64,000 bases of DNA from positions 14,002,373 through 14,066,372 of the forward strand of contig MU053881.1 in NCBI GenBank assembly GCA_013239625.1. The letters run 5' to 3'. Shown piece by piece: positions 23,831 to 37,754 of the stretch. Under the pieces are notes generated by a model. That model was not told where the DNA came from. It saw only the letters and a list, made by a program, of their open reading frames with translations, and searched no databases. This DNA is from Lama guanicoe. Taxonomy: Eukaryota. The position numbers were made by a program, and so were the translations under genes. The stretch's first letter is position 1; each line of letters opens with the position of its first letter.

Positions 23831-24679
23831 CGCATGTGTTGAGAACCCTTTGTTAAAGATACTCAGAGAAGATGTGCAACCTTTTCTGGCACACTTCCCA
23901 CCTGGGAGCAGCCGTAGCTTGATTTTCTACTCCGGGAGCTTCCTGGATTGGGATGAGCATTTGTGAGCATGCCCAAGTACTTGCCAGAAACCAAAGGAAA
24001 GTGCAAACAGTTTGAAATAAACATTTTCATTACGAAAAGTGACAGGGGGTACTTTTCTGCAAACTACTTTACATTAGAACCACCTGCAAAGTGGGAACAT
24101 GCCGATGTTTACTAAACGTCCTCCCCCCTTGGCAAAACTGGGATGAAAATATAAAAACTGCTGTATTTCTGCTCAGAGGTTTGTTGAAGTACCTCTTGTT
24201 TGTGTTGGATGTATTTCTAGGCCACTAAGAGCTACTCTCTTTTCCGGGAATTAGTTTAACCCTCTTTATTATTCATAAAATAATGAAAACTGAAAACCAA
24301 TATTGAGTCTGAATCCCCTTTTGGTTTTATTCATTAGACTACAAGATACAGAGGCAAGAAGATTTTGTAGAAACTAGACAAGAATCTCATTAAACAAGTT
24401 CATGAACTTCAACCCCAAAAGCCCTCTTACAGTTTATCTAAAAAGGTTCCTCAAAAGAAGAAAACATTCATTGCATTAAACATACTTTTAAGAGAACTAG
24501 TTATAATAATAATAACAGTAAAAATGATGCCAGTACCTTAGATATCGAATCGTGGTAAATTTTTTTTAAATCGCGGTAAATTAGATCAGTTTTTAGAACA
24601 TTTTAAAGCCATTAAAAGCACTAATTGATAGCTGTATCGTTTCATGAAAATTTATTTAACATAATGTTTTTCTGACATG

Positions 24680-27600
24680 ATGACTGACAGGTTAAAAATC
24701 TTAGAAGATAATGTAACTACATAAGTGTGAAAGTCACCTAGAAGTGAAAATAGAACAAATATCCTTTTAAGTGCTAAGCACTCAAGAAGGTACAGAAAAT
24801 ATTAAGGGGCCAGAAAAAGAGACTCATGAGTTTCCTTCTGATCATTCTGAGTGCCCGAAGTGAGTTTTGGGGATGGCAGACAGGACTGCTGTTCTCTCTA
24901 ACTTAAGAACTTGATTTTTAATGTGCAGGAGCCAAAAATCATGACTCTCAACTATTTGAGGAATTTTGGAGTAAGCTGTCTATATAAAACCAGAAATTTC
25001 AAAGGACAATAACTTCAGTGAAAAACTAGAAGAAAAAAAATCTGCCCATTAACAAAGGGACACTAGAAGCTTATGTACCGTGTCCCAAGTCCAAGGGAGG
25101 AAACGTATAAAGAAATCTCCCCTGAAAATTAGTAATGAATCTTTCTTCACTTACGCCTGGAGTCTGATTTTTATACCATCTGTGTGGTCCAGGAAATGTT
25201 AGGCTGTACGCACATACACAAATGGTCTAGGGTTCTTTTGGTTCTGGTCGTGATGACGAACTGAACTAGATGTGCCTGTCTCCATGAATGATTAGAAAAC
25301 TGGGCAGAATATATGCAATAATTCTTCTCAAACCATGAACCCAAGACAGCACAGGTCCCTAAGAGAAGGGGGAAAAAGGAGATCAGGTTTTGATTGCCCT
25401 GACTCCTGCTTGTTGGCACTTTCCAGACCACAGCTCAGGGAGGGGATACCCAAGCAGAGCAGAAGAAACTCAATGATTGGAAAAGCCTGAAATAGGGGTG
25501 CAGAAAGGCTAAGGTGAAAAGAATTTGTGGGCCAGGTACCAGAGAAGAGGAAACTCTACAGAGAGGAAGTTCCAGAGATTTGCATAGGAGTCTCTATGAT
25601 TCTGTTGCTGACTATGATCATGCACATGTGCAGGATGAAACTACATGAGACCAACCAAAGAAAACCTTGGGAGTCATAAGCTGGTCAATTCACAGATTTC
25701 ATACAGAGCTGGGAGATAGTTGAGTTATGAAAAGCTAGAGTGGAGAGTCAACACTGACCCTGAGGTCACTCAGCAGCAACCCGGTAAGACCACACCTCAC
25801 GCACGTTAGTGGTGGGGTAGATTAGCACTAGAGCAAAAGTTACTTTAGACTAACTCTAAATAAATCTCAGAAAAAGATACAAAGAACTAACCATTAAACT
25901 GACAGATTTCTCATTGCAAAACTAGAAGACAAAAGAAAATGGTGCTTCAGAAAAACAAACTTTTAAATTGAAAATATGTATTTAGCTAGGGTAGTATTTA
26001 AGAGCGAGAACCAAATAAAGATGTTTTCAGACAAAGACTAAAAGAACTACTGAGAGACTCCACTAAAACAATTAATAAAGAGATTAAGCCAGGAGGGAAA
26101 AACAAGAATGAAAAAAAATGCTGAGCAAAAAGAGTTTAAACATTTGGAGAAATTTAAACAGACAGTGACTGCATGAGAGAACAACAATACTATCTGATTT
26201 AGGAGAAATAAAAATAAAGGTAGGATTAAATTCTGGATAACAACCGGTAAGTCAGACAGGGGTGGAGGGAGGCCACGGACATGAGCAGAGTTACAGAATT
26301 CTGAGTTCCATGGGGGAGGGAAGATATCATTAATTTCAACTTTTTATGTGTACATGGTAAATTTTTAAGGATAATCAATAAAAAAGATAAAAATACACTG
26401 AATGACTTCCAAATCAGTAGAAGATAGAAAATATAGAAAATGTTTAACCAAGAAGTACTGAATGAGATGGCAAGATGAAAGTATGTCAAAATATAAGTTA
26501 AAATATAAGTTAAACTTGTGTATCAAGACAGAGATTGGCAAATGGAATTAAAATTACACAAATCAATCTGAAGCTCTTTTAAAAATTAAGGACACAAAAT
26601 GGTTGAAAGTAGGATTATGAAGAGATTCTAACCAAAAGAACATTGGCACAGCAAGGTCAAGATCACATGAAATAGACAATAAAGCAAAATTATGGTTAGA
26701 AATAAAGAGGCTCACAGCATCGGTAAGGTTACAGTTCACGAGAAACTCTAAAACTTTCATATGCCTAAGGCATAGCCTCATAATCTGTATACACTTATGG
26801 AATTATAAATCCACAATCTGGATGGGAGATCATTGCTTTCTGATAAATTTTTATGTACTTCAGCTGGAAATTAAATAACATGTAAAGATTTGAATACATT
26901 TATCAAGCTGGATGAAATGAACACACAGAGAACCCAGCACCCAAATTAGATCATAGATACTCTCTTTAAGGACACAGAGTTATTTACAAAATTTTCCATG
27001 CACTAAACATGAAACAAAGCTCAATAAATCCTAAGAAATTAGTATCATAGTAAACAATTTAATTAGAAAAATTATTAAGCAATGACAAAAAAAACTTCAG
27101 ATTTTTCATATTTGGAAATATAAACTAATAAATAGGTCAAAGAAGAAAGAATAATAGAAATTTTAAGTGTTTAGAACTAAAAATAATGAAAATGCTACAT
27201 ATTATTGCAAACCTCATAAGAAGAAAAACTACTGCCTGAAATTTTCATATTATGAGAAAGGAGATATAATTAATAAGCTAACAGAGGAGCCAGTGCAATA
27301 GAAGGGAAAGAAGAAAAATTTAAACTAAGAAACTAGGGAAAAATAGAACAAAATGTCAATAGTTGGTACTTTGGAAAGACTTACAATAAACCCTAAATAC
27401 TTCTGGCAAAGTTGATCATAAAAAGAAATAGAAGATACTGTGGAGGTTAAAAAGAGATACAGAATATTATTTACAACTTGAGGTCAATAATTGGGAAGGT
27501 TTTAGGTTATGTAATCAATTTCTTTAAAAATATAATTTATCAAACCTGATTCAAGGGAAAAAAAGCTAAATGATCATTAAAAAGCCTAAAACACATGAAA

Positions 27601-28050
27601 AGACCTTAACCACTGAAGAAAACAGAATTCAGAGTTTAAAAATCGGTCCGTTTTCCCCATCCTCAATGCCTTCCACACATCCCAAATCAGTTTTTCAGTA
27701 AGTTTAATTATGTGTTCAAGGAACAGATAATGTCATTGTTAAACTGTTCGAGAGCAGGGAAGAACACTCCCTAATTCATATTTAAAGCTAATAGGACCTT
27801 GAAGTCAAATGAGACAAGTACAGGAAGAAAGAAAAATTATTGGCCATCTCACAAATGAACATAGATGGCAAATCTGAAGGAAAATAATAAATTAAAACTG
27901 TCAGTGGGTCTTGAAAAGACATCTCTGAGGTTAAAAAAGAGAGTCACAGACTTGGAGAAGTATTTGAATTTCGTGTACCCAGCCAAGCGTTTAGTATCTG
28001 GAGTCAATTAAGAAAGCTTGCAAATCAGCAACAGTAAGAGACGAGCTAAC
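24680..28050 (+). mobile_element. Degenerate sense-strand L1 (5' region, ORF1 and ORF2 fragments)
   Basis: A-rich strand bias; motifs aaataaagatgttttcagacaaa, gagattggcaaatggaattaaaa, agttggtactttggaaagac, ggaacagataatgtcattg, gaacatagatggcaaa; no intact ORF. Confidence 0.7.
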
Positions 28051-28054
28051 AGAA

Positions 28055-28900
28055 CTGAAGGCAACCCCGTCCTATGTGCCAGGCACTGAGGTGGGTACTC
28101 AGTTTTTAGCAAGGAAGGAAATAGATACAGTCACTGCCCCCAGGATGCTCCCAGCCCAGTGGAGGGACAAGAAACAATAAACAGGAAACAAACAAATCAA
28201 GTTGACTATTTCATTATGGATTGAATTATGTCCCCCTAAATTCATGTGTTGAAATCCTCACCCCCAGTCCCTCAAAATATGACCTTATTTGGAAATAGGA
28301 TCATTGCAGATGTCACTAGCTAAGCTAGGGGCCATTAGGGTGGACCCTGATCCAGCATGACTGATGTCCTAATAAAAAGGGGAAACTTGGATACAGAGAC
28401 AGGCACACAGGTAGAATGTTATGAAAAGATGAAGATGGAAATGAGGATGAATGTCGAAAAGCCAGAGAACTCCAAAGACCGTCAGCAAACCAGCAGAAAG
28501 CAGGGCAGAGGCGTGGAACAGATCCTCCCCCGACAGCCCTCAGGGGGAACCCACCCAGCCGTCACCTCAGTCTTGGACTTCCAGCTTTCAGGACTGTGAG
28601 ACAATAAATTCTGCTGTTCAAGCTGCTCGATGACAATAGCTGTGGCCAACTAATACACATTTCTTTAAAGGTAATAAATGAGGGAACGTATTAGAGAACA
28701 AAGGAAGTTCTACCTAGATAAATAATGGTCAAGAAAAATCTTCCTGCGAATGTCTTACTTAAGTTGACACTGGAAGGGTAAGAAGGATGCAGGCAATTCT
28801 AAGAGTTTGGCAATGTATCCAGTCCAGCTAAGATAGAGAATAGATTGTAACGCAGAAAAAGGGAGCATGATTGTGGGGGCCGTGGCAGGAATTGACGATA
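28055..28900 (-). mobile_element. L2 fragment split by an MLT1 LTR
   Basis: cctatgtgccaggcactgag...cagtcactgcccccaggatgctcccagcccagtggaggga; L2-like sequence resumes after 28660. Confidence 0.6.
28212..28657 (+). mobile_element. MaLR LTR (MLT1B/C-like)
   Basis: tatggattgaattatgtcccc...gaccttatttggaaatagg...ggacttccagctttcaggactgtgagacaataaattctg...aactaataca; flanks tattt/cattt look like a 5-bp TSD. Confidence 0.88.
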
Positions 28901-29249
28901 GAATATAGGTTTTTGGGCCTTTTGAAGGACAAATGATGACCCCAAAGAGAACAAAGTCCAGTTTGTCCTCATGTTGGGGGGTCTCCAAAGCCACGGTCAC
29001 CTTACAGGCTCCCCTGACAAATGCCATTCAGAGACAACATGCCATCCTTGGTTTTATCCCCAAAGGGAATATGGGGAAATGGCCATTTCCGGGGATGTGA
29101 GTGTAATGAAATCACAGATTCCTTAGGATGCCTTCAGGCCTCCGTCCGCCCTCACAAGTGTCTTTCCACCGTCTCCTGATGGCCTCTCTGTCTACTTGAA
29201 TATTCCCTGTCCACTCACCACCTCAAAGCACAGCCCACTCTGTTTCTTA

Positions 29250-29560
29250 GCTCTAACTTAAAAGTTCACTTTGGCTAGGTAATACAAACACGTGGCACAG
29301 ATGTTCAAAGGTAAAAAAACTGGTTTGCAGGGAAAATTAAGGCTCCCCCCCTTTCCTGCTCCCTTTGACAAAGTTTCCCTGAGAGAAGCAATCACTGCTA
29401 CCAGCAAAGTCTATGCATTTATAAACATACATGAATATTTTATTTTTGCGACACAATCAGGGCAGTTATACACACCCTCCTGCCCCTGGCTTTTTCTCTT
29501 GGAGCTTCCATGTCAGTATCTGGAGAGCCAAGCTGTATGTATAGTTTTCTTCTGTGGTTG
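29250..29560 (-). mobile_element. Ancient L1 3' fragment
   Basis: ggtaatacaaacacgtggcaca...tttccctgagagaagcaatcactgctaccag...tcttggagcttccatgtcagta. Confidence 0.5.
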
Positions 29561-29779
29561 TAATTTGTTGCCAGATTCTCTCTCTGGCTGGGTTGAATGC
29601 AACATCTCTGTAATTTTTTTCCTCATTGGTCTGTTCTCTGGGAGCCCTTGAAAATGGAGCTAACCCTGCTTGAACTCTTCAGAGCTCCTGCTTGGAGGAG
29701 GGAACCTGTCCCCGCACTGCCTGGAGGCAGCCAGAGTGCTCTATTGCCGTAAACAGCTACAGCAGTCATGGTGAATTCT

Positions 29780-29960
29780 GGAAGGCAGTGGAGACATTGG
29801 TTAGGAAGACAGGCTGGGTTCAGGTATGGACTCTGCCACTTACAGCTCAGTGACCTTGGGCCAGTTACTCAAACTTGGTGTCTCCTCAGTTTCTTTGACT
29901 GCAAAATGGGAACAATAATAGTAGCACCCAGGCAAATAGGGTTGTTGAGTAGTAAATTGT
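29780..29960 (+). mobile_element. MIR SINE
   Basis: ctctgccacttacagctcagtgaccttgggccagttact...cctcagtttctttgactgcaaaatgggaacaataatagta. Confidence 0.85.
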
Positions 29961-31489
29961 CGGAGCCTGCCGACAATCGATCAGGTCCAGAAAACCTGTG
30001 CTGCAGGACTGAGAAAGAAAGACAAGACTAAAAGGTGGGGTTGAGAGGGTCTCACTCTAGCCCGCAAGACGCTAGGTCAAGAGTGGATGACCGAGTTTAT
30101 TTCTTGCAGTTAATTTATATGATTTTAACCCATTAGCTCATACATTCCTGCATGTAGGCAAAGGTATTGTTTTAAGGCACATTAACAACGTGTACTAAAA
30201 TCATTAACTTGTATATTGTTACAGACATCATTATTGTTTACAGTTCTCATAAAACTAAGATTAAGAGTTCCTGGAACCAAGATGATAAACTAAGGCATTG
30301 TTCCTCTAAGCTAACATCGTGACTCATGTGCTATTATCTCAGGTGATTGTTCTTCAGGCTAAGATTACTAACTTGCATGCCGATTGCATCTCTCCTTCCA
30401 AAGGTCCTTAGTGACTTGATAGCTCAGGATGATAATGCATCTATTCCTCAAAGGGGTGGCGGGACAGAGATTGTCCTTGAGAGATCAACCTCAGAGCCTG
30501 ACGCCCTGCACTGTGGGAGTTTAGGCCCAACTTCTGTGCTCGGCAGTCCTCAGGTCATGAGTGACCCCCCGCAGTAAATGGTGTTGGTTGCACGCCTCAG
30601 ACATGGTCAGAGTTCAGTCAATGCTCACTGTTATAATCTCCCCTCGTTCTTAGAGGACAGAGATCAATCCCCCAAGACCCCTTAGATAGTGCTCAGAGAA
30701 AAAGACAGTGAAGAGAAACTTCTGTCTGCTCCCAGCTTGCACCTCTGTCTCTTTATCTCCTCTACTCTGAGGGATGAGTGCGTGTGGGCGTGCGCACAGT
30801 CTGATTAAGGCAAGATAGCATTGCCTGGCTGCCCTTCACAACTCTGCCTGGTGGCTTGTTTTCAGGTTCTGTCCTTACTGGGAGCAAGGGCAGTTGACCT
30901 TGGTCAGTGTCAGAATATCATTTTGTCTTCCCACAGAATCCCCTCCCCCAGTCTCAATCCAGGGACCATCTGCTCACCCACGCAGCTATCAAACACCAAG
31001 GACCCCCTGGGTGTCACGCTCTGCAAACGCCCTTAAGTGCCTTACACATCGCTGTACCAGGGCCTCCGCAGGCAGCCAGACAGGTGTCTGGATCTGAAAA
31101 ATGTGGGTTCGTCCCCGATGGCCTGTCTAGGTGGGTGTGTCTTCACCTAGAAATGCCCGTGTGTGCTTGCCAGTCCTCACATCCGCAGCATTGCAGGCAG
31201 CGTGAGCTCACCTACAGTGAGCAGACAGCTTGAAACCTCAGCGATGATCCAGATGGTTTCTTCCAGATACACTTAGCAAGACAGCATCAGTGTAACAGGA
31301 TGCCGTTAAATGCCAGTGATTGTTTAATATGGATGTGCTGAGGAGACACACATTAGTATTAATGACTGCAGCTAAGTGATTTCAGTCATCAGCGTCTACA
31401 TTTCAACATTTCTTACCAAATTGGGGTACTAAGGTGCAGAATGCTAAATACAACGTATCAGCAGTGGTATATGGCCTTTGAAGCCCTTC

Positions 31490-31740
31490 TTTCTTCATAT
31501 GTGGCCACATACGATATGCTAAGCACCCTTCAAATGCTTTACAAATAGTACAATTAACCCTCACAGAAGCACCGTGAGATACTCCTGTTTTGTATCTCTG
31601 TTTTACATATAGATAAACTGAGGCCCAGAGTGGATACAGGACCAAATATCAAACACCTGTAGCTAGAGGGTGGTGCAGTCAAGATTTGAACCCCAGCTGG
31701 CTGGCTGTGGACCCCACACGCTGAACTGCTTATCACAGCG
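31490..31740 (-). mobile_element. MIR SINE
   Basis: ttttacatatagataaactgaggcccagag...aagatttgaacccc. Confidence 0.8.
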
Positions 31741-32589
31741 TCTTCTCCCAAACGACTGCGGACTTGCAGGTGTCTGATTTGCAAAGTCTCATACTGGGGG
31801 AACACGGGGCTTTGCATCAGATGGGCCTGGGTGAGCACCCTGACTCCACACTGACTAGCGGTGGGCAGGTGGACTCCCTAGCCTGTTTCTTGACCTGGAA
31901 AACGCCAGCACCGGGGCCTGCGCACGTGGTAAGATGATGCTACGGAGCCTGGCATGAAGCAGGAACTCAAGTTCACTCACTGGCCTTATTTCTAGAACGC
32001 TCTCTCTGTACACCCCTGTGGGAGACATGGCACAAAGGAGGAGCCAAGGCTGTCCAACACAGTTGATGTTCTTGCTACACACACAAACGAGCACGTAGTG
32101 CAGACGGGACAGTGCTGAGCAGGGAGGTACGTGCAGCTCTGGGACTCGATAAAGGGGACTTTGACCAGACGGGGAGAAAAGCTTTCCCTGGGGAGGTGAC
32201 GAACACGTGTAACTTCATCCTTTATAGAAGTAGCTGTTTGGCCAAACAGACCTGATTATCTCTATGCATGGATGTGGGTGTAAGGCATTTGATGGGTTTT
32301 TGTTTTGGTTTTTTGCTGTGAATTTCAGCATTTGAACTCAAGAGGCCATCTGGGAACGGTAGACTGGGTCAGGGTCTGGTGTCAGAAATCTGATCTCTAC
32401 CTCCCCCGGAGTCCTGCAGGGGTGGTGTTAGAGAAACCACAGGGTGACCTTCTCTGGCACAGAGTCTAGAACATACAGTGGCTGCTCAGTACTTAGTTAA
32501 AAGAATAAAGAACAAATACAAAACACGGGGTGGAGGGGATGTGAGGTTTACCGAGTACCCCACAATATTCAGGGCTTTCATTATCACTA

Positions 32590-32960
32590 AGGTAGAGCTC
32601 AGGGTGGACTGCCAGGTTTAAATTGTTCTACCGCCTACAAGCTGCCTGATCTTGAGCAAGTCATCTTTTTTCCTGTGCCTCAGTTTACTCCTCTCAATAC
32701 TGGGCTATGGTGATAATTAAATCAGTGTATAAAGCACTTAGCACAGCTGCTGGCATATGGCCATCTCCATGCCATTTGTTAATGGAGGGAGTGGTCCATG
32801 GCAGGCGATGGATGTTGTTGTTGTTGTTTTAATCCACATGGCACAACTAAAAGGCTTGGTCAGAGCATTCTCCTTTTACATGAAAGGGAAGTCTGAGGTT
32901 CAGAGGTCTGAGGTTGCACAGCTAGTCAAACTCAGGCCAGCAGGATCCAAACCCAGCAAG
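32590..32960. mobile_element. Two MIR fragments (plus then minus)
   Basis: tgatcttgagcaagtcat...ctgtgcctcagttt...taaagcacttagcacag, then ttttacatgaaagggaagtctgaggttcagagg. Confidence 0.7.
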
Positions 32961-33441
32961 CCGGGTGAACCAGCAGAAGCCCTTAGAGCAGGACCGTGCC
33001 GCTGGGAAGCTCCGAAGGAAAAGGCTGCTCAGGGAGCATTTGCAGGATCGTGAGGTCAGCTGGTACTAACTGCTTTCTTCTGAGTGAGCGGAGAGCATGC
33101 CTTATGTTGGCCCCCAGTTGTTTCTCCTCCTCCCCTTTTCTGGAATGGGGTGGAGGATGCAGGATTGTGGAACTGGAGAGAGACAGATTCCTCTCCCATG
33201 AGCGCAGCAGGAGGTAGATGAGAAGGCAGACAGAGGCATCCCCCTGCCCGCCTGGGGATGCGATCTTGTCACAGCAGTGGCCGCAAGTCTAAACCCACGC
33301 TGCCTCCTGATGTGCAGACTCCACATGCGGAGGCTGCAGCTGCGAGCAGCCAACAGGGTGAATTCCAGTCCCTTAAGCAGTAGGCACCCGGCTCTGTGAA
33401 TTCGATGTGTCACTAGCCGTGTGTGTTGGTCTCATCTGGGC

Positions 33442-33642
33442 CAGGGTTTCTCAACCTCAACTAATGATTTTGTGGGCTGAATAATTCTTATAGGGGGTGT
33501 TCTTTGCATTCGTGGTAGATGTTTAGAATTATTCCTGGCTTCTTCCCATTTAGGTATCAGTAAAAATCTGTGACAGCCAAAAATGTCTCTAGAGCTTGGC
33601 AGATGTCTTCAAGGACAAGATTGCCCCCAGTTGAGAACCATG
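33442..33642. mobile_element. MER20 hAT-Charlie DNA transposon
   Basis: cagggtttctcaacctc...gtgacagccaaaaatgtctctagagcttggcagatgtc...ttgcccccagttgagaacca. Confidence 0.85.
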
Positions 33643-34409
33643 TTTTGAAATCTGACTTGGAAATGGGCCAGGCTGTGGGTCAGGCATGATCTTGGCTTCA
33701 TTTAGGGGTAGAGCCAAGAATTTGTGGCCTGACATCATCTGAAGAAGTCCCACCCCATTAGGCTAGATATGTTTGTTCTGTCTTTGCAAACTGAGGCCAG
33801 TCGGGAAGCATTTGGCTCATGCCCTTGTCTCATGTGGCAGGAAGCAGTCATGAGGTGCTCACTTTCCTCAGCTTATTTTCGACTTTCTATGGTCCACCTG
33901 TATTTTTAGGAAATAATTTCTCAGCACCTGATGGGAGGTGGTGTGAACCATGTCCAGAGAGGTGCACTGAAGGAAGAAAAATGTTGCAGAAATCCCTCCC
34001 ATGTCCCCACCTCCACAGACACAGCTAGGAGACAGCAGTGGATCAGTAACAAGCTAGCGAACCTTTATCTCCATGCTCAGCTCTCACCAATGACTATTTC
34101 TCGCACAGATCTCCTGTGCTAGGCATTGAGCCAGATGAAGTGGCAGGTGCTGAGATGAAAAAGGCATTGTCCCCAACCCCAAAGCTTCTAATCTATTTGG
34201 AAGGACCACCTGGGCCACATACCTCCTAAGTGCAAGACCTAACAATGGAATCCAGAGTTGGATTCTGTCTAATTAACTGGTGAACTTGAGGTATATTTTG
34301 CCAGGAGCCAGAGTGGGTGGTTGGGCTCTTCCTAGACATTGATTTGAGTGAAAACTTCTGTCTTCCTTGCCTGGATCCCTGGTTTGGAAAAGCATGGGTT
34401 CAGGAGAAT

Positions 34410-34620
34410 AAAAGAGTCATTTATTCATTCAGTACATTTTTACTGAACACAGCTATGTTCAAGACTGTGCTCCTCTGAATATGAGATGGTAAGCAAAGCG
34501 TATTCAGTTAATTCCCCATAGTTTACCATCTAATGGGGAAGACAGAGAGTAGGTGGAAGTGTCACAAAATAAAGCATAATCGCCATTAGTAGTAAGAGAT
34601 CCATGGGAAAGGATCAGGCG
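34410..34620 (-). mobile_element. L2 3' end
   Basis: tcatttattcattcagtacatttttactgaacacagctatgttcaagactgtgct...tttaccatctaatggggaagacag. Confidence 0.7.
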
Positions 34621-35484
34621 CCCCCCCCCCCCGTCTCTCAGGCCGGCTGCAGTCTGAGACTGATGGGGAAGGGAGCTACACACAGAGGCTCAAGGAGCTG
34701 TTAACACGAAGCGCTTTGTGGGGCAGGAGAATAAGCAGAGTGACTCCTGGGTCAATGGGACGGTGAAACGGTGAGTTGCAGAGATGGGCAGTGTCTGCAT
34801 TTCTGTAGCAGAAGCAGCACCATGTTAGTTCCTGGTAGGGTTTGTGGCCAAGAGTCTTCCTTCCCAAAGGGGACCCTGGGGATTGGGGTGGTTGTTCATC
34901 ATAGTGGATTCCTGGGCTGAAGAAATCAAGGAGGAGCAGCCAGAACTGCACCAGTTCATGGGAAACTCCTCAAAGAACCCCTGGAAGTAATTCCAGGGCA
35001 TTCTGAGGGCTGAGTAAGGTTTCACAGCGTGAAAGTGGAACTAAGAGTCTGCAGACTCTGCATTACAAACTTAGTTAATAAGAAGCAAAAAAAAAGAATC
35101 GTCTTAGGCAGTGAGGGCCATGCAGGGCACCAGATGACAGGGAAGTCTCGAAGCTTTAAAGGATGGATGTTTTAAATTTGTTTCCTACGCTGATGCCATC
35201 ATTCCCAAATATTATCTAGGAAGTGCTTTCTGCTCAGACTGAACAAATTCTGAGAATCAAAGGGGAATGACCTATCTCTGCTAAATCCAGCAGAGGGAAA
35301 AAGGAAACCACAGTGGTATTAGGAGCCAAATCATGTATAAATGGAGACTCTTAAGCAAGATCCAGGAGTCTTCTCTGGCAGGAATGTAGTCTCTAATTTA
35401 TGAACCTACAGATATTTATCCAGCATGTACTTTGTGCAAACCACTATCGTGAGAACCAGATCATAGTGCTACCATCAGCTAACA

Positions 35485-35970
35485 TCAATGGATCGAATCC
35501 CAGCTCTACCACGTTTTTGCTGTGTGATAAAGGGCAAGTTTTTTTTTAACCTCTCTGCTTTTCAATTTTATCATCTATAAAATAGGAATAATGATATCTC
35601 TGCATAGAAGCATTCTTGGCAGATAGCAAATGCTATATAATTGTTACTATTATCTTTATGGGTTTTTTTTATCATCATCATTCTAATAAGCCAGGCTGTA
35701 TTACAGGATCCCATTTATTCCTTATAAGAAACACACTTTTATTATTTCCTTTTTCTTTTCCCAAATTGAGGAAACAGGTCTGGAAGGACTAAGCAATGAA
35801 GTCACTTAGCTACTAAGCTGCAGAGCCAGGATTTAAAGTCCAGGATGTTGGACTCCTAAGTTCACATTCTTAACCACTAGCCTGCGATGATAGGATTAGA
35901 AGAAATAATGTGTATGAGGTACTAACCAAGATTTTTGAGACTCAAGAAATGACAGCTGCTGCCATTTGCA
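35485..35970. mobile_element. Cluster of MIR fragments
   Basis: tcgaatcccagctctaccac...gggcaagt...catctataaaataggaataat (+); gaggaaacaggtctgga...gcagagccaggatttaaa (-). Confidence 0.75.
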
Positions 35971-36943
35971 TCATTGTCAGTGGTGCGCAATTTCCTTCTT
36001 AACTGAGATCATGGATAGACAACATTCGGTTCACCTAGTTAGTGCTCCAACTCAAAGGTCCTTAACTACAGTCGGCCCAGAGGGAGATTCTCATTCCAGT
36101 CAAAACTTTGCGTCTTGACTGGGAGAGAATTACCGGTGAACCCGATAGTTGTAAGGAAAAAGGAGAATTCTTTTCTGCCAGATGCTAAGAAAACTGAGAA
36201 CTCCAAATTCTATCAGGTTGCATAACGCTGTGAACTCCAGAACTTTCTGGCTTCTGCTGCATTTGACCATTCTTAAGCCCCAAGCTGTGTTCTTCCTCAA
36301 GCATCAGACAGCTAGCACTCAGGAATTGCTCAATTCAGACTGCTAGTGGGCACCTGAATCTAGTCATCCATTGATTTTTTTTTTTTAGGCACATGCTCAA
36401 AGTTGTGTTCAGAATTAGAAGAACCCTTCATCCCTTACATACGCGCTTTTCACCGCAGTGTCAGCAAAGCAAACATCAGCTTTAATTAACAGTGACTCCG
36501 GAACGTGTGATGTTTGCCGTTAGATCTGAAGGGGGTTAGAGGGAGGAGGATAAAGGGCAGCACATGTCATCCCCACGTGTCTGGGGGAAAAAGGAGCTAA
36601 ATTCAGAACGCAGAAGTAGACTCCTGTTGGCTTAAAAATAGAGGGGAAATGTTTAGAAACCTCAAGTTGGTTAATGGTGGAGACGGTTAAAGCCGGTGAC
36701 ATTTCTTCCAGAGTGCCACTTTGTACACAGTCAGCGAGCAGCTACGGTGTTGATGCTGTGGGCATCTCAGCCTTGAGGAAAGACAGGGGAGAGTGTTCTC
36801 AACGTGAGGGCTTTTTTCCTACATTTGATGAACCTTTGTAAAATGCAAATCTGAAGAAAAAAAAACAGTTCTAGTTACTGCCTAACATCCTTTGATGAAT
36901 CTCCATTTCACTAGAAATAAAACATAATCTTTCCCTTGCCCTC

Positions 36944-37370
36944 TGTATTAATTTCCCGGGGCCACCATAACCAATTACAGTACTTGGTGGCCTTAAACAA
37001 TGGAAATTCAGTCTCTCATAGTTCTGAAGGCTAGTGGCCCAACATCAAGGGGCCAGGGTCTTGGGGAGGATCCTTCCTTGCTGCTTCCCTGGCCTCTGGT
37101 GATGGCCAGCAATCCTGGGCATCCCTTAGCTTGGAGATGGGTCACTCCATTTTCAGCCTCTGTCCTCACATGGCCCTCTTGCCTGTGTGTCTCTCAGTCT
37201 GTGTGTCTCTGTTTTGTTAAAGGCTGTCATTCACTGGAATAGGGCCCTCCCTCCTCCAGCGCAGCCTCACCATAACTGTTGACATCTGCACGGACCCTAT
37301 TTCCAAGTAAGGCCATGTTCTGAGGCTCTGAGTAGACGTGAATTTTAGGGAGACGCTTCAACCCACTTCA
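36944..37370 (-). mobile_element. MaLR LTR (MLT1C-like)
   Basis: tgtattaatttccc...ctctcatagttctgaaggct...gaccctatttccaagtaaggcc...ttcaacccacttca; flanks ccctc/ccctg. Confidence 0.85.
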
Positions 37371-37648
37371 CCCTGCTTCCCACTCTGCAGCTTCACCAAC
37401 TGAGCTGCAGCCGTCGTGGCCTCCCCTCCGTTCTCTGCATGTGTCAAACTCTTTCCTACCCTGGCCCCTTGGAACTCTGAGTTTTCGCAGACTAGAAGGC
37501 TCTCCCGGCTGCCATCTCTTCACCTGGCTGGCTCTCTCTCACCCTCTTGTCTTGGTTTAAATGTCACCATCTCAAAGAAAACATCCCTTGCCCACCCTAC
37601 CTAAGCTCCCTGATCCCATTAATTCTTCTCTGTTGTCACACTTGTTTC

Positions 37649-37650
<2 letters not shown>

Positions 37651-37688
<38 letters not shown>

Positions 37689-37689
37689 T
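37651..37689. repeat. (TTTC)9 microsatellite
   Basis: Read directly. Confidence 0.95.
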
Positions 37690-37754
37690 GTTTAGCATCT
37701 CACCAGTGCTTTGTGTGCGAGTGTTTTTTCTTAGCTTACTATCTAAACGTAAGC

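Noticed and set aside
36469..36517. Perfect 10-bp inverted repeat GCAAACATCA / TGATGTTTGC as a miRNA-like hairpin
   Set aside because: Roughly 1-2 such stems are expected by chance in this window; pairing does not extend outward and it matches no miRNA I know.
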